The notes beneath the pieces were generated by a model. It was not told the DNA's origin. It did not search any database and saw nothing but the letters and a program-made list of their open reading frames with translations. Positions 8,564-17,852 of a DNA stretch of 64,000 bases are shown one piece after another (within the stretch, counting starts at the first letter, position 1; each line of letters begins with the position of its first letter). The stretch comes from Candidatus Atabeyarchaeum deiterrae (lineage in GTDB: Archaea; Asgardarchaeota; Atabeyarchaeia; Atabeyarchaeales; Atabeyarchaeaceae), in the NCBI GenBank assembly GCA_037310415.1, contig CP147780.1:2272001-2336000 (forward strand). Direction: 5' to 3'. The translations under genes were made by a program, and so were the position numbers.

Positions 8564-9445
8564 TCACCATCTTATTCGTTTCAGGATGTTATCCAAGACT
8601 TTCTTGTTCTTGCTTGCCATCCCGAATGGATCGGTCGCTTCCCAGACATCGACTTGTAACCACTCTAGGTGTGGACAGGTTTCCTTGAGTGTTTTCATTA
8701 CCGCTTCAATGTTTATGTTGCCTTTCCCGAATTCCATGTGATTGCTCGAGAAGAAGTAGGGCGTTATCCAGCCATCGTTATCAGCCAGATGCGTCCAGCC
8801 CACTCTCCCCTTCAACGCTTTCAGGAAACCAACTGGATCCCCTTTTCCCAAGGTGTTGGCGTGGGTCACATCATAAAGGACTTTGACATAGTCAGACTTA
8901 ATTTCATCGAGAACCTTCAATGTGTCTTCTATTGGTTTTCGAATGAAGCCCCCATTTAGTATCATTTGAGGCTCCGGTTCAAAAGCTAGAACCACCTTGT
9001 TCTCCTCGGCAGTGTCAACCACCTGGTTCAACGCCTCGATGAACATGTTAACTAAATCGTCTTGCGAGTAGCCATTCATAACAACATCGGCGGAGAACTG
9101 AGGAGGCGAAACCGTGGCTGTACCAGCACCCAGAACGTGGGCAAACTCGATCCACTCTTTCATGGTATCAACAAACTTCTTCCTCGTTTCTTCACTAGGG
9201 CTCAAAGGTGAGTACATACCTGTGACGAATCCAGTCTGAATACACGGAATCACGAGACCGTAACTTCTGTACTCTTCTAAGATACTATCCTCCGAACCCT
9301 TCGAGAATGACTCATAGTATGGGTGCAGTTCAATCCCATTGAAACCTTCTCTTTTCGCGAATTCGAGGATCTGCTGCTTGTCAATCATGTCGTGCCAAGG
9401 TTTTCCGAAAATGAAGCCATTTTGACCCAAACAGAATTTTGGCAT
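8564..9445 (-). CDS. Sugar phosphate isomerase/epimerase (TIM barrel)
   Basis: GFNGIEL, LAFEPEP, LYDVTHA, THLADNDG, HMEFGKGNIN; start set at ATG 9445 after GGTGA SD. Confidence 0.85.
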   Translation of the reverse strand: MPKFCLGQNGFIFGKPWHDMIDKQQILEFAKREGFNGIELHPYYESFSKGSEDSILEEYRSYGLVIPCIQTGFVTGMYSPLSPSEETRKKFVDTMKEWIEFAHVLGAGTATVSPPQFSADVVMNGYSQDDLVNMFIEALNQVVDTAEENKVVLAFEPEPQMILNGGFIRKPIEDTLKVLDEIKSDYVKVLYDVTHANTLGKGDPVGFLKALKGRVGWTHLADNDGWITPYFFSSNHMEFGKGNINIEAVMKTLKETCPHLEWLQVDVWEATDPFGMASKNKKVLDNILKRIRW

Positions 9446-9584
9446 AGCGTCTTTCACCAACTGAACATTTCTATTGGTTATCACGGCAATATCTATATTA
9501 GACTTACCATACTGCACCTAGTGAAAAGTCCAACATGGATAACGGCAATTAGCATTCTATCTCTATTTGCCTTGGAACGAATCT

Positions 9585-9941
9585 TCAGTTGGGGCTCTTC
9601 TCAATTTCGTCCAGCGCTTCTTCAATTAGTAACTTTACGTTTGGCAGGCGAGTTATCAGAGTTTTCCAGACTACATCGAGTGCCACCGCGAAGTACTTGT
9701 GTATGAGTCTGTCTCTCATGCCTGCCATATCTTTCCAAGGTATACTCGGGAACCTGCTTCTCATTTTCTCTGGGATCATCTTGGTCGCTTCCCCTATGAT
9801 CTCGAGATTCCTCAACACGGCATCCACGGTTTTGCCATCTTGTGAGAAATGCTCAAATGTGACACCCTCAATATAACGTTCTATCTTCTCTATCGCGCCC
9901 AGAATGTCTTCAAGGTAGAACCCGTAGTCTTTCGGTCTCAT
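9585..9941 (-). CDS. hepT: HEPN (DUF86) HepT-like RNase toxin
   Basis: RNLEIIGEA; RDRLIHKY (Rx4HxY); ATGA overlap with the MNT gene. Confidence 0.9.
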   Translation of the reverse strand: MRPKDYGFYLEDILGAIEKIERYIEGVTFEHFSQDGKTVDAVLRNLEIIGEATKMIPEKMRSRFPSIPWKDMAGMRDRLIHKYFAVALDVVWKTLITRLPNVKLLIEEALDEIEKSPN

Positions 9942-10228
9942 ACATAAACGACCTCTCCAAGTATACGGTCCTTGATGCGAGGCTTCAAGTCGTTTCGCAG
10001 CACCAAGTCAACCTTAACTCCTAACTCATCGCTCAAGAAATCCTCGAGTTCGACAAGCTGGAATAGGTCGATTGTCTCGTAGAAGTCCACTAGGATATCC
10101 AAGTCGCTACCTCTTCTCTGCTCACCTCTGACATAGGAGCCAAATATGCCGATTCGTTTGATACTAAATCTTTCTCTGAGAATGGGGAGAAGTTCCCTTA
10201 ACTTCTTCTTGGCAGATTCAACTTTCAT
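9938..10228 (-). CDS. mntA: Minimal nucleotidyltransferase (MntA-like) antitoxin
   Basis: [16 protein letters not shown] (GSx10DxD), KVDLV. Confidence 0.9.
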   Translation of the reverse strand: MKVESAKKKLRELLPILRERFSIKRIGIFGSYVRGEQRRGSDLDILVDFYETIDLFQLVELEDFLSDELGVKVDLVLRNDLKPRIKDRILGEVVYV

Positions 10229-10500
10229 TGTGAAGGCACCAGCCTAGTTCCTTGTATCAAATTAACTGACGATCTCTAATAATAAGTGTTGTCTTCGAGA
10301 CCAGTTTCTCAAGACTCATTCTAACAGGAAGGGATCGGAAAAAGGAAGGAAACAAACGCTGCATGAGTTGCCAGTGGAGAAAAATGCCAGACATCAACTG
10401 CTTTCCATCAAACTGAAGATTCGCAAGACATCCCTCCAATCTCCCCACCCCCTCTCACAGGTGAATGTAAGAAACAATGGGGGAACGGGGAGGTGCGATT

Positions 10501-11571
10501 CTATACGTTCACAACCTTCCCAGTCTCAGCAGACTTGTAGGCTGCAAGCATTATTTCGACGAGTCTTCTTCCTTCTTCGCCAGACACAAATGGTTTCTTG
10601 TCTTCGACGACGCAATCAATGAAGTGCTTGACAACGTAGTAGAAGGTGTTGACAAATTTGTTGTCAATTTCGTATGTGGTGAACTTGATTTCCTCAGGTA
10701 CGCCCTCCATGCCTTCCGCAGTTTCTCCGAACACTCTTGGAGTCATGTAGGATTTCCAAGCTCCATCCTTGTAATGCATCAGCGGGAGTCCACCCAGTAT
10801 GCAATCTTCGACGCCGTTTATGATTACCATTCCGTCGTCCCCGACAATTTCTGTTCTGTCATCCCAAAGAGCCGGAGGAGCGCCTCGATTTGCGCTGATG
10901 GTGCCATATCTGTTTTTCTCGAATTGCATGTTGACCAGCACTATGTCTTCAGTTTGAAGATTAGGAGAACTCTTTGCGGTCATGCATGAGACACGTTTCA
11001 CCTCTCCCATGAGGTACCTTGAAACATAGAATCTGTGGATGCACGCCTCGAGCAGGAAGCCACCACCTATCACTGGGTCCTCTCTCCAGCCACTTGCTGC
11101 GAATCCTCCGTGAAGCAGGGATGTGGACATTATGGGGTTCCCAATCTCATTGTCGACCAGCCGCTTGGCCTCTTGATGTGGGGGATAGAAGAGCTGGTTA
11201 TGTACGACCATAAGTTTTACATTGTGTCTTTTCGCAGCTGCAATCACTTCATCACAGTCCTTCAGTGTTGTAGCGAGGGGTTTCTCAGTGAGGATGTGTT
11301 TTCCGGCTTCTGCCGCCTGTATTGCGACCTTGGCGTGAAGGCTTGGGGGTAGCAAGATATCGACCGCATCTACCTCGGGGTCTTTGAGGAGTTCATTATA
11401 GTCGACACACGTTCTCTCTGCGCCCCATTTCTTGGCTTTCGCATTAGCTTCTTCTTCAAGGAGGTCGCATACGTTCACGATTGTGGCTCGTCCGTCCTTG
11501 AGGAAGCCTCGTGCATGGCATTGCGCAATGCTTCCAACGCCTATGATTCCGATTCTAAAGGGTTTCTCCAT
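10501..11571 (-). CDS. Gfo/Idh/MocA family oxidoreductase
   Basis: IGIIGVGSIA, GKHILTEKPLA, GGGFLLEACIH. Confidence 0.92.
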   Translation of the reverse strand: MEKPFRIGIIGVGSIAQCHARGFLKDGRATIVNVCDLLEEEANAKAKKWGAERTCVDYNELLKDPEVDAVDILLPPSLHAKVAIQAAEAGKHILTEKPLATTLKDCDEVIAAAKRHNVKLMVVHNQLFYPPHQEAKRLVDNEIGNPIMSTSLLHGGFAASGWREDPVIGGGFLLEACIHRFYVSRYLMGEVKRVSCMTAKSSPNLQTEDIVLVNMQFEKNRYGTISANRGAPPALWDDRTEIVGDDGMVIINGVEDCILGGLPLMHYKDGAWKSYMTPRVFGETAEGMEGVPEEIKFTTYEIDNKFVNTFYYVVKHFIDCVVEDKKPFVSGEEGRRLVEIMLAAYKSAETGKVVNV

Positions 11572-12335
11572 TTCTGCCTACCTCGTTAAATTACTCTTTC
11601 TGAATCTGCAACAGTCATGTAACTGATTACTGTTCGATTGCTAGGTTTCTAGCCGTGCGTCTTAATATATAAGCAATAAGATACGCCAGGCATGGTAGAC
11701 CTTCCAGCAAGGGAGATCGGTCCAAACACCAAGGTGCTCATACCTGATGCACATGGAAGCCGCCTAGTCACGAGGGCTCAATTCATCGCGACTCTGAAAG
11801 CATTTCTCACCACAGCGAAGCAACCTTTAGACAGCGCATGTGCAGTATGCTAGAAACGCTGACTTTGTGGAATAGTCATCGTGGGATAGGACTTTTTCGA
11901 ACTTCGCGTCCAATCGTTGATTGATCCTTCCAGAAAAGCATGTGCGCGTGGACAATAGGGTCGTTAAATTGGAAATCTCGGCATCGGATTTCGGGATGCG
12001 AGGGCTTTTACATGGTCCGACGATTCCAACGAAAAGTTGAGTCACAAGCGACTATGTCCGATGTCCTGATCCCGGTCCAAAAACAAGCAATAAATGCGCG
12101 GAAATGATCTTAGCATGTCCGATCGGAAGGTTGCAGAGTTCGCAAACAGACTATCTCAATCTTGTCCGCCTAGAGTAAGGTTCATTATCTCGTGAGTGTC
12201 ATTTTCGTCTGTCGAATATGGGGTTAGAGGAGGTAAGTACTGACTCATAGCCCGATGAATGTTTGACTCTCGATCTGAATTGTGTAGGTACTTACTTTCT
12301 ATTCACTCTAAGCATGCCTCTGAAGGGGGGAAAGC

Positions 12336-13034
12336 ATGAGTAGAGAAGTCACATCTTCAGGGATTCCATCCTTGGACAAAATAATCGGTGGGGGATTCAA
12401 CAGAGGAGATGCCATCCTAGTTGCTGGTCAGCCCGGAGCCGGGAAGAGCACTCTCGGAGCTCAGTTCATATACAACGGCGCGAAGCATTACAGTGAACCA
12501 GGTGTCTACGTTACTTTTGTTGAACCCTCAACTAAACTGAAACGCGACATGCTCCAGTTCCACTGGGACTTCAACATGCTAGAACAAGAAGGAAAAGCAA
12601 CCGTCATCGATCTGGTTCAAATGATCGGTGAGAAGGCTGTTTACGTTAACCTCGATGCTATGATGACTGCCATCCATTCATTGGGCGCAAAGCGGCTAGT
12701 CATCGACAGTCTGTCTGCTCTCATGGCTTTCATCCACACAAAGTCTGAGGCCCGCAGCCTCATCGGCACATTGACCAAGTTTCTCGAGAATAGCAAATGT
12801 ACAACTCTTCTAATTCAAGAGGTACCGTGGGGAGTGAAGCAGATAGGAATGGGATTTGAGGAATTCATGACAGATGGGCTAATCGTTCTGGAATCAAGTC
12901 TGGAACAGCTCCAAATCAGGCGGCGACTCTATATTCCAAAGATGCGTGGCACAAACCATGCTTTGAACTGCTACGACTTCTACATTACTCCCGAAGGCAT
13001 TTCCATATCGAATGCACCGGCTCGCGAACCATAA
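12336..13034 (+). CDS. KaiC/RAD55-like single-domain ATPase
   Basis: SGIPSLDKIIGGG, Walker A GQPGAGKS, RLVIDSLS, KMRGT. Confidence 0.9.
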   Translation: MSREVTSSGIPSLDKIIGGGFNRGDAILVAGQPGAGKSTLGAQFIYNGAKHYSEPGVYVTFVEPSTKLKRDMLQFHWDFNMLEQEGKATVIDLVQMIGEKAVYVNLDAMMTAIHSLGAKRLVIDSLSALMAFIHTKSEARSLIGTLTKFLENSKCTTLLIQEVPWGVKQIGMGFEEFMTDGLIVLESSLEQLQIRRRLYIPKMRGTNHALNCYDFYITPEGISISNAPAREP

Positions 13035-13091
13035 TCATCTCATCCAGCAAGGCGCCGAAAGCAAAGTCGAGATTCAAGGAGAGTAACCAAA

Positions 13092-13409
13092 CTGGCAGAC
13101 GAAGAAAATGATTTCGAAGCCATACTGCTTAGTGCCATAGACGACGCGCTATTGAATCTCGGCGAAAACTGCAGAGCACTCCTATACTCCTACCTAGCCG
13201 GAGTCCTGTCCCTAAAGAGAGACATAATTCCTCACAGACTCCAAGATTTTGCCGCAACGATTCAGGACATCTTCAAGCTGGGCAGTAAGGTCATTGACGG
13301 GTTGATTACGAAGACATTATGCGATAGGCTCAATGTGGATTATGCTGTTGTCAAGGACATGGGGTTTCAAGTTGCCATTGAGGAGATTAAGAGGAAATCA
13401 ATGATTTAG
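13092..13409 (+). CDS. DUF3227/NitrOD5-like small helical signalling protein
   Basis: FEAILLSAIDDALLNLGE..IP...F...IFKLGSKVIDGLITKTL; frame extends upstream of track start 13152 to CTG 13092, which has an AGGAG SD. Confidence 0.65.
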   Translation: MADEENDFEAILLSAIDDALLNLGENCRALLYSYLAGVLSLKRDIIPHRLQDFAATIQDIFKLGSKVIDGLITKTLCDRLNVDYAVVKDMGFQVAIEEIKRKSMI

Positions 13410-13428
13410 TGCGAGGTAGTTTTCGCGA

Positions 13429-13992
13429 ATGGTAAGACTTGAGGATAGGCTTAAACGCGTTCCACCTAAATCAGTCGTGATACTTGAGACCCCATCTGAA
13501 GAAGATCCGATGAAGCTGGTATCAGATTTTCTGAGGTTCAGGCAGAACGATAAGGGGATATTTGTCTCCTCAAACAGGTCGACAATAGGTCTTGCCGAGA
13601 GGCTACTAGTCTACAAGTTCGACATGAGGAAGCTTCTCGAGGCTGGCAGGATAAGTGTAGTGGACTTAGCGTCCAAGAGCGTGGGCTCAGCTGAAATGAG
13701 AAACAGCATCTGCGTTTCCTCACCCTCAGAGCTGTCCGCCACACAGATGGCAATCGAGAAGGCTGCCGAAGCATTAGGCAGCATCCCTGGCAACCCATGG
13801 CTACTACTGGATTCACTCTCTACTCTTCTAGTCTACAATAGCCCTGGCGCGCTACTTCACTTCCTTCACTTCTTGATTGGTCGTCTCAGGGTTCTCGGGT
13901 TTGACGGAATGATCTTCACGATCCAAGGTTCCGTAGAGGGGAATGTACTTTCAACGATAAGGCAATTCTGCGACGAGGTGATCAGACTATGA
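13429..13992 (+). CDS. Degenerate KaiC/RecA-fold protein lacking Walker A (DUF7504/DUF835-like)
   Basis: LLLDSLSTLLVYN Walker B-like motif; IRQFCDEVIRL tail; no GKT/S. Confidence 0.75.
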   Translation: MVRLEDRLKRVPPKSVVILETPSEEDPMKLVSDFLRFRQNDKGIFVSSNRSTIGLAERLLVYKFDMRKLLEAGRISVVDLASKSVGSAEMRNSICVSSPSELSATQMAIEKAAEALGSIPGNPWLLLDSLSTLLVYNSPGALLHFLHFLIGRLRVLGFDGMIFTIQGSVEGNVLSTIRQFCDEVIRL

Positions 13993-14144
13993 AGGAGAAC
14001 CAGACTTGGCCTGCGTACGGATGGAACAAGAGTGGCGAAGTTGCCTTCATTACTCGGGTTCTGAAGGATTTCATTCCACGCCGAGAGGAATGTACAAGCT
14101 TCTAGAGTTATTATGACACAAATGATTATGGAGGTTAGGGTAGT

Positions 14145-14981
14145 ATGTCGAAGAAGAATAGTCAGGAACTTGCAAGGACTTTAACTAGTCTGCTAGAGCA
14201 GAATGCAGACGAGATCAGGTCGCGGTGGATCAATGAAATGCAACAATCTGGTTTACTCGCATCTCTCTCCCCAAAGGAGATAGAGGATGAGTCGAAAGCG
14301 ATCTACCACGAATGCCTATTGTGCCTCAAGACTGGATCATACGAGTCAGCCCAAAGATATGCAGCGAATGTCGCGAAGAAAGGAGTTTTGGCATCCATGA
14401 CGGTTGAGCAGATAATCGCAGGCTTCCTAATTCTGAGAGACCTATACGGCCGGTTCGTCTTTGAAAATTACCACAAGGAACCAGAAATGTGCAGTGCGAT
14501 TATTGGCGTCTACGAGCCAGTGGCACGCAAAATCCTGAACGTTGTAGCCTCAGCATTTGTCACCGAAAGGGAATCCGTCATCAAGCAACAGGAAGTGGGC
14601 CTGAGACTACTTGTGCCTATTGTCAGCGCTTGGGAAGGCATTGCGATGGTACCTTTGATTGGGATTCTCGATTCTTCTCGTGCAAAGCAGCTCACTGAAT
14701 CGGTTCTGGAGAACATAATGCGGTCAAAGACAGAAGTCATCGTCATGGACATCAGTGGTATCACCGCAATCGATACAAAGGTGGCCAGTCATATCCTTCG
14801 GACAATACAAGCTGTGAGACTCATGGGTTCAGAGGTCGTGATTACTGGTATTAGGCCAGATGTCGCAGTAACTCTCGTAACGCTTGGCATCGACTTGTCG
14901 AACATCGTTTCACGTAGCACGCTGAGAGAGGGGCTTGAGTATGCATACGCGAAGCTGGGATTGAAACTGACTAAAACGTAG
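14145..14981 (+). CDS. rsbR: Stressosome sensor RsbR (N-terminal helical domain plus STAS)
   Basis: PLIGILDSSRA, MDISGITAIDT, AVRLMG..VITGIRPDVA.TLV.LGIDL. Confidence 0.88.
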   Translation: MSKKNSQELARTLTSLLEQNADEIRSRWINEMQQSGLLASLSPKEIEDESKAIYHECLLCLKTGSYESAQRYAANVAKKGVLASMTVEQIIAGFLILRDLYGRFVFENYHKEPEMCSAIIGVYEPVARKILNVVASAFVTERESVIKQQEVGLRLLVPIVSAWEGIAMVPLIGILDSSRAKQLTESVLENIMRSKTEVIVMDISGITAIDTKVASHILRTIQAVRLMGSEVVITGIRPDVAVTLVTLGIDLSNIVSRSTLREGLEYAYAKLGLKLTKT

Positions 14982-14987
14982 TGCGAG

Positions 14988-15368
14988 ATGACAGATTTGG
15001 AGAAAGTTACGATTCCAATCTTGAAGTCAGGAGAATTTCTAATCACCTCTCCGCAGGTGGCCCTCCACGACAGACTTGCCGTGAAGTACAAAGATGAAAT
15101 ACTCGAGAGAATCGTCGAAACGAAGGCGAAAGGGCTCGTCCTCGATGTGAGCGCGATAGATATTGTGGACAGCTTCCTTGTGCGACAAATAGGTGAGATC
15201 GCGACAGCGGCAAATATAATGGGTGCTCAGGTCGTAATTACTGGTCTAAGGCCCGACGTTGCGATGACGCTGGTGGAAATGGGGTTCTCGCTAGAAAAGG
15301 TTCACACAGCGAGAGATCTTGAGAAAGGTATAGAGATCCTTCGTAAAGCTTGGAGACCGAAGCTATGA
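14988..15368 (+). CDS. rsbS: Stressosome scaffold RsbS (STAS)
   Basis: IPILK, LDVSAIDIVDSF with conserved phospho-Ser, GLRPDVAMTLVEMG. Confidence 0.9.
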   Translation: MTDLEKVTIPILKSGEFLITSPQVALHDRLAVKYKDEILERIVETKAKGLVLDVSAIDIVDSFLVRQIGEIATAANIMGAQVVITGLRPDVAMTLVEMGFSLEKVHTARDLEKGIEILRKAWRPKL

Positions 15369-15766
15369 TGCAGGTACCGATTGTGGCCGAAGTCATGAGT
15401 GAGGCTGATATAGTGATAGCCAGAGTCAAGGCGAGGGCAGTAGCGGAAGCTATGGGGTTCAACTACATGGACCAAACGAGGATAGCGACCGCAGTATCCG
15501 AGCTTGCCAGAAACGCCTTCCAGTTCGCTGGCAAAGGTAAGGTGACGATCACACCAGTTGACATACAAGGAAGACGTGGAATACAGATTGTTATCGAGGA
15601 TCACGGACCTGGTATAAAAGATCTCGAATCGGCCATGAAAGGGGGGCACAGCACAGGCGGAGGGCTGGGGATGGGCCTCTCAGGCAGCAAGAAACTCATG
15701 AATGAGTTCGACATCAAGACCAAGGTCGGAGAAGGTACCATTGTAACAATCAGAAAGTGGTTGTGA
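15365..15766 (+). CDS. rsbT: RsbT Ser/Thr switch kinase (GHKL)
   Basis: DQTRIATAVSELARN, DHGPGI, STGGGLGMGLSGSKKLMNEF, GT..TIRKW; ATGA overlap with the rsbS stop. Confidence 0.92.
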   Translation: MMQVPIVAEVMSEADIVIARVKARAVAEAMGFNYMDQTRIATAVSELARNAFQFAGKGKVTITPVDIQGRRGIQIVIEDHGPGIKDLESAMKGGHSTGGGLGMGLSGSKKLMNEFDIKTKVGEGTIVTIRKWL

Positions 15767-15773
15767 AGAGCGA

Positions 15774-16757
15774 TTGCGATTCGGCATTGCTTCTAGGCCC
15801 GCACAGGGCATGATGGTGAATGGTGATGCCTACCTTGTGAAAGAATGGAATGAGCAGACGTTGCTGGCGGTGATAGACGGGCTCGGTCACGGCGAAGATG
15901 CAGCGGTCGCATCTACTAAGGCAAGACAATATGTGTTAGAGAATCATACAAGAGACGTCGAACAGATCGTTTCAGGTCTTCATACCCACTTACATGGGAC
16001 GAGAGGCGTGGTCGCAGGGATAGTAAGGATTGACAGAATTGCACACCGACTTATTTTCTGCGGCATTGGGAATATCGATGTGTCAATAGTTGCCGAGCCG
16101 CCAATGCATCCTACCTCGCTGAATGGTATACTCGGAGCAAATGCTAGGAAGATTATGAAATTCGGATACACATATGACACACTTAGAATGGTTATTCTGC
16201 ATTCAGATGGAGTTTCCGCGCGGTTTAGTTTATCCGATTATCCCCTACTCTACGAACAACCGCAATTTGTTGCCGAAAGAATCCTAGGTGAATGGGGGAA
16301 TAGAAACGATGATGCTACCATAGTTATCGCGGTTGAGGACAAGGAGGAATTCGGAACCAATGTTGAAGAGGTGGATGCCTCAAGTGATGCCCGTGCAATA
16401 ACCGCGGCTGACCAAGCGAAGGACCTAGCGAAAAAACTGGGTTTCTCGGAAGCCGACCAGAGCAGGATTGCAATTTCGACTTCCGAACTCGCAAGAAACA
16501 TCGTAGTTCATGCTCATGGAACCGGTAGGATAGTTATTAAACCCATTGAGGAGGGTGACAGAGTGGGCATCGTGATAATCGCAGACGATAGCGGACCCGG
16601 GATCGCAGATGTTGAGAAGGCTCTTGAAGATGGTTTTAGCACCAAGAAGGGTCTGGGAATAGGGCTTAGTGGTGCGAAGCGCCTCATGGATGAGTTCAGC
16701 ATCGAAACTGAGGTCGGCAGAGGAACTAAGGTAACCATAAAGAAATGGAAGGCATAG
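15774..16757 (+). CDS. RsbX-like PP2C/SpoIIE phosphatase fused to a C-terminal RsbT-like kinase domain
   Basis: NGDAY, IDGLGHG, HSDGV, DDAT, then SELARNI..DSGPGI..GLGIGLSGAKRLMDEF. Confidence 0.88.
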   Translation: MRFGIASRPAQGMMVNGDAYLVKEWNEQTLLAVIDGLGHGEDAAVASTKARQYVLENHTRDVEQIVSGLHTHLHGTRGVVAGIVRIDRIAHRLIFCGIGNIDVSIVAEPPMHPTSLNGILGANARKIMKFGYTYDTLRMVILHSDGVSARFSLSDYPLLYEQPQFVAERILGEWGNRNDDATIVIAVEDKEEFGTNVEEVDASSDARAITAADQAKDLAKKLGFSEADQSRIAISTSELARNIVVHAHGTGRIVIKPIEEGDRVGIVIIADDSGPGIADVEKALEDGFSTKKGLGIGLSGAKRLMDEFSIETEVGRGTKVTIKKWKA

Positions 16758-16904
16758 GACATAGACGCCCAAAAAAATCAAAAATGGAGGAGTTACAGGA
16801 TCGCTTAAGGTGCTCTGGGTCCGAGTCGATAGCTGAGGTAGGATGAATGAAAAGGGTTTCTTCGACTTCCAGTTAAGATGCTCAGGGTCCCAACCCTCCA
16901 TTCC

Positions 16905-17660
16905 TCATCCGTCCCATACCCAGGGAAAGCCTCTTCTGAGACACTTGAATGATTCCGCATAGGGTTTCCTTATTGCCTTTCCGTCATTTGCATTCTTCTC
17001 CTTGATAATCTTGGCGATCTCGTCTCCCATTTGGGTTTCGTGCTGTCGAATGGCCTCTAACTTTAGGTCAATGGTATCGCTGATGTCTATCCAAGTGTCA
17101 GGTAGAAAGGGTTGAAACAGATACATCTCAAGAACCATGTAGGGTTCCACATCTTTCTCGGGGTACTCAAACATGTCGTAGGCGAAGCCCGCTGCTTCGA
17201 GAGCCATCATTCCGGTATGCCTGTGGTCTCTGTTTCCTTCGTATGGTCTCCATGGGTCGAAAGTGAACACTACGTCTGGTCTGTTTTCACGTACGTAACC
17301 GATCAGTCTTCTTCTCAACTCAAGCGATGAATCCATGTGTTGGTCTTTGTAGTCGAGGAAGATGATATCCTCTACACCTAGGATTTTTGCCGCCTTTTTC
17401 TGCTCCGCATTCCTCATTTTTATGGCTTCGGCAGCTGGTATTTCTGGGTCAGCAACTCCATGGCGACCATCTGTTAGCAAGAGGTAAGTGACTTTCTTGC
17501 CCATTTTCGTTAGCTTGGCGATAGTTCCTCCTGCAGCGATGTCAGTGTCATCCTGGTGAGCTTGGATTGTAAGTACGCGCTCCACTGTGTCCTCAAAAAG
17601 TGTGGTGGATCTCATTTTCCCATATTTCGACATTCCTTCTTCAGGATCATTTTTCACCAT
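16905..17660 (-). CDS. PIG-L/LmbE family deacetylase
   Basis: AHQDD, LTDG, DHRHTG, KLEAIRQHETQ, AESF. Confidence 0.88.
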   Translation of the reverse strand: MVKNDPEEGMSKYGKMRSTTLFEDTVERVLTIQAHQDDTDIAAGGTIAKLTKMGKKVTYLLLTDGRHGVADPEIPAAEAIKMRNAEQKKAAKILGVEDIIFLDYKDQHMDSSLELRRRLIGYVRENRPDVVFTFDPWRPYEGNRDHRHTGMMALEAAGFAYDMFEYPEKDVEPYMVLEMYLFQPFLPDTWIDISDTIDLKLEAIRQHETQMGDEIAKIIKEKNANDGKAIRKPYAESFKCLRRGFPWVWDG

Positions 17661-17852
17661 GCAACCAATCGTCTCCTAAATTTGGCTAGAATTCATGTTC
17701 GTAGTTTTCTAGCAGTTCTTCCCTAAAAGGCATAGCATCTCCAGTCGCTAGATCTGCAACCGGCAATACACTTTATTAAAGAGTTGAAAACATATTACCA
17801 CCTCATTTACTTAGGCCATGAGAAGTGAGAGCAGCTCTGAGATGAGAATCAT

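Noticed and set aside
11692-11853. 53-aa ORF downstream of a TATA-like box
   Set aside because: No recognisable motif; the AT-rich box can serve the divergent oxidoreductase gene.
12055-12127. TGTCCGAT(C) motif also found at 23144, upstream of both KaiC-like clusters
   Set aside because: An 8-9-mer recurrence is close to chance expectation in 64 kb.
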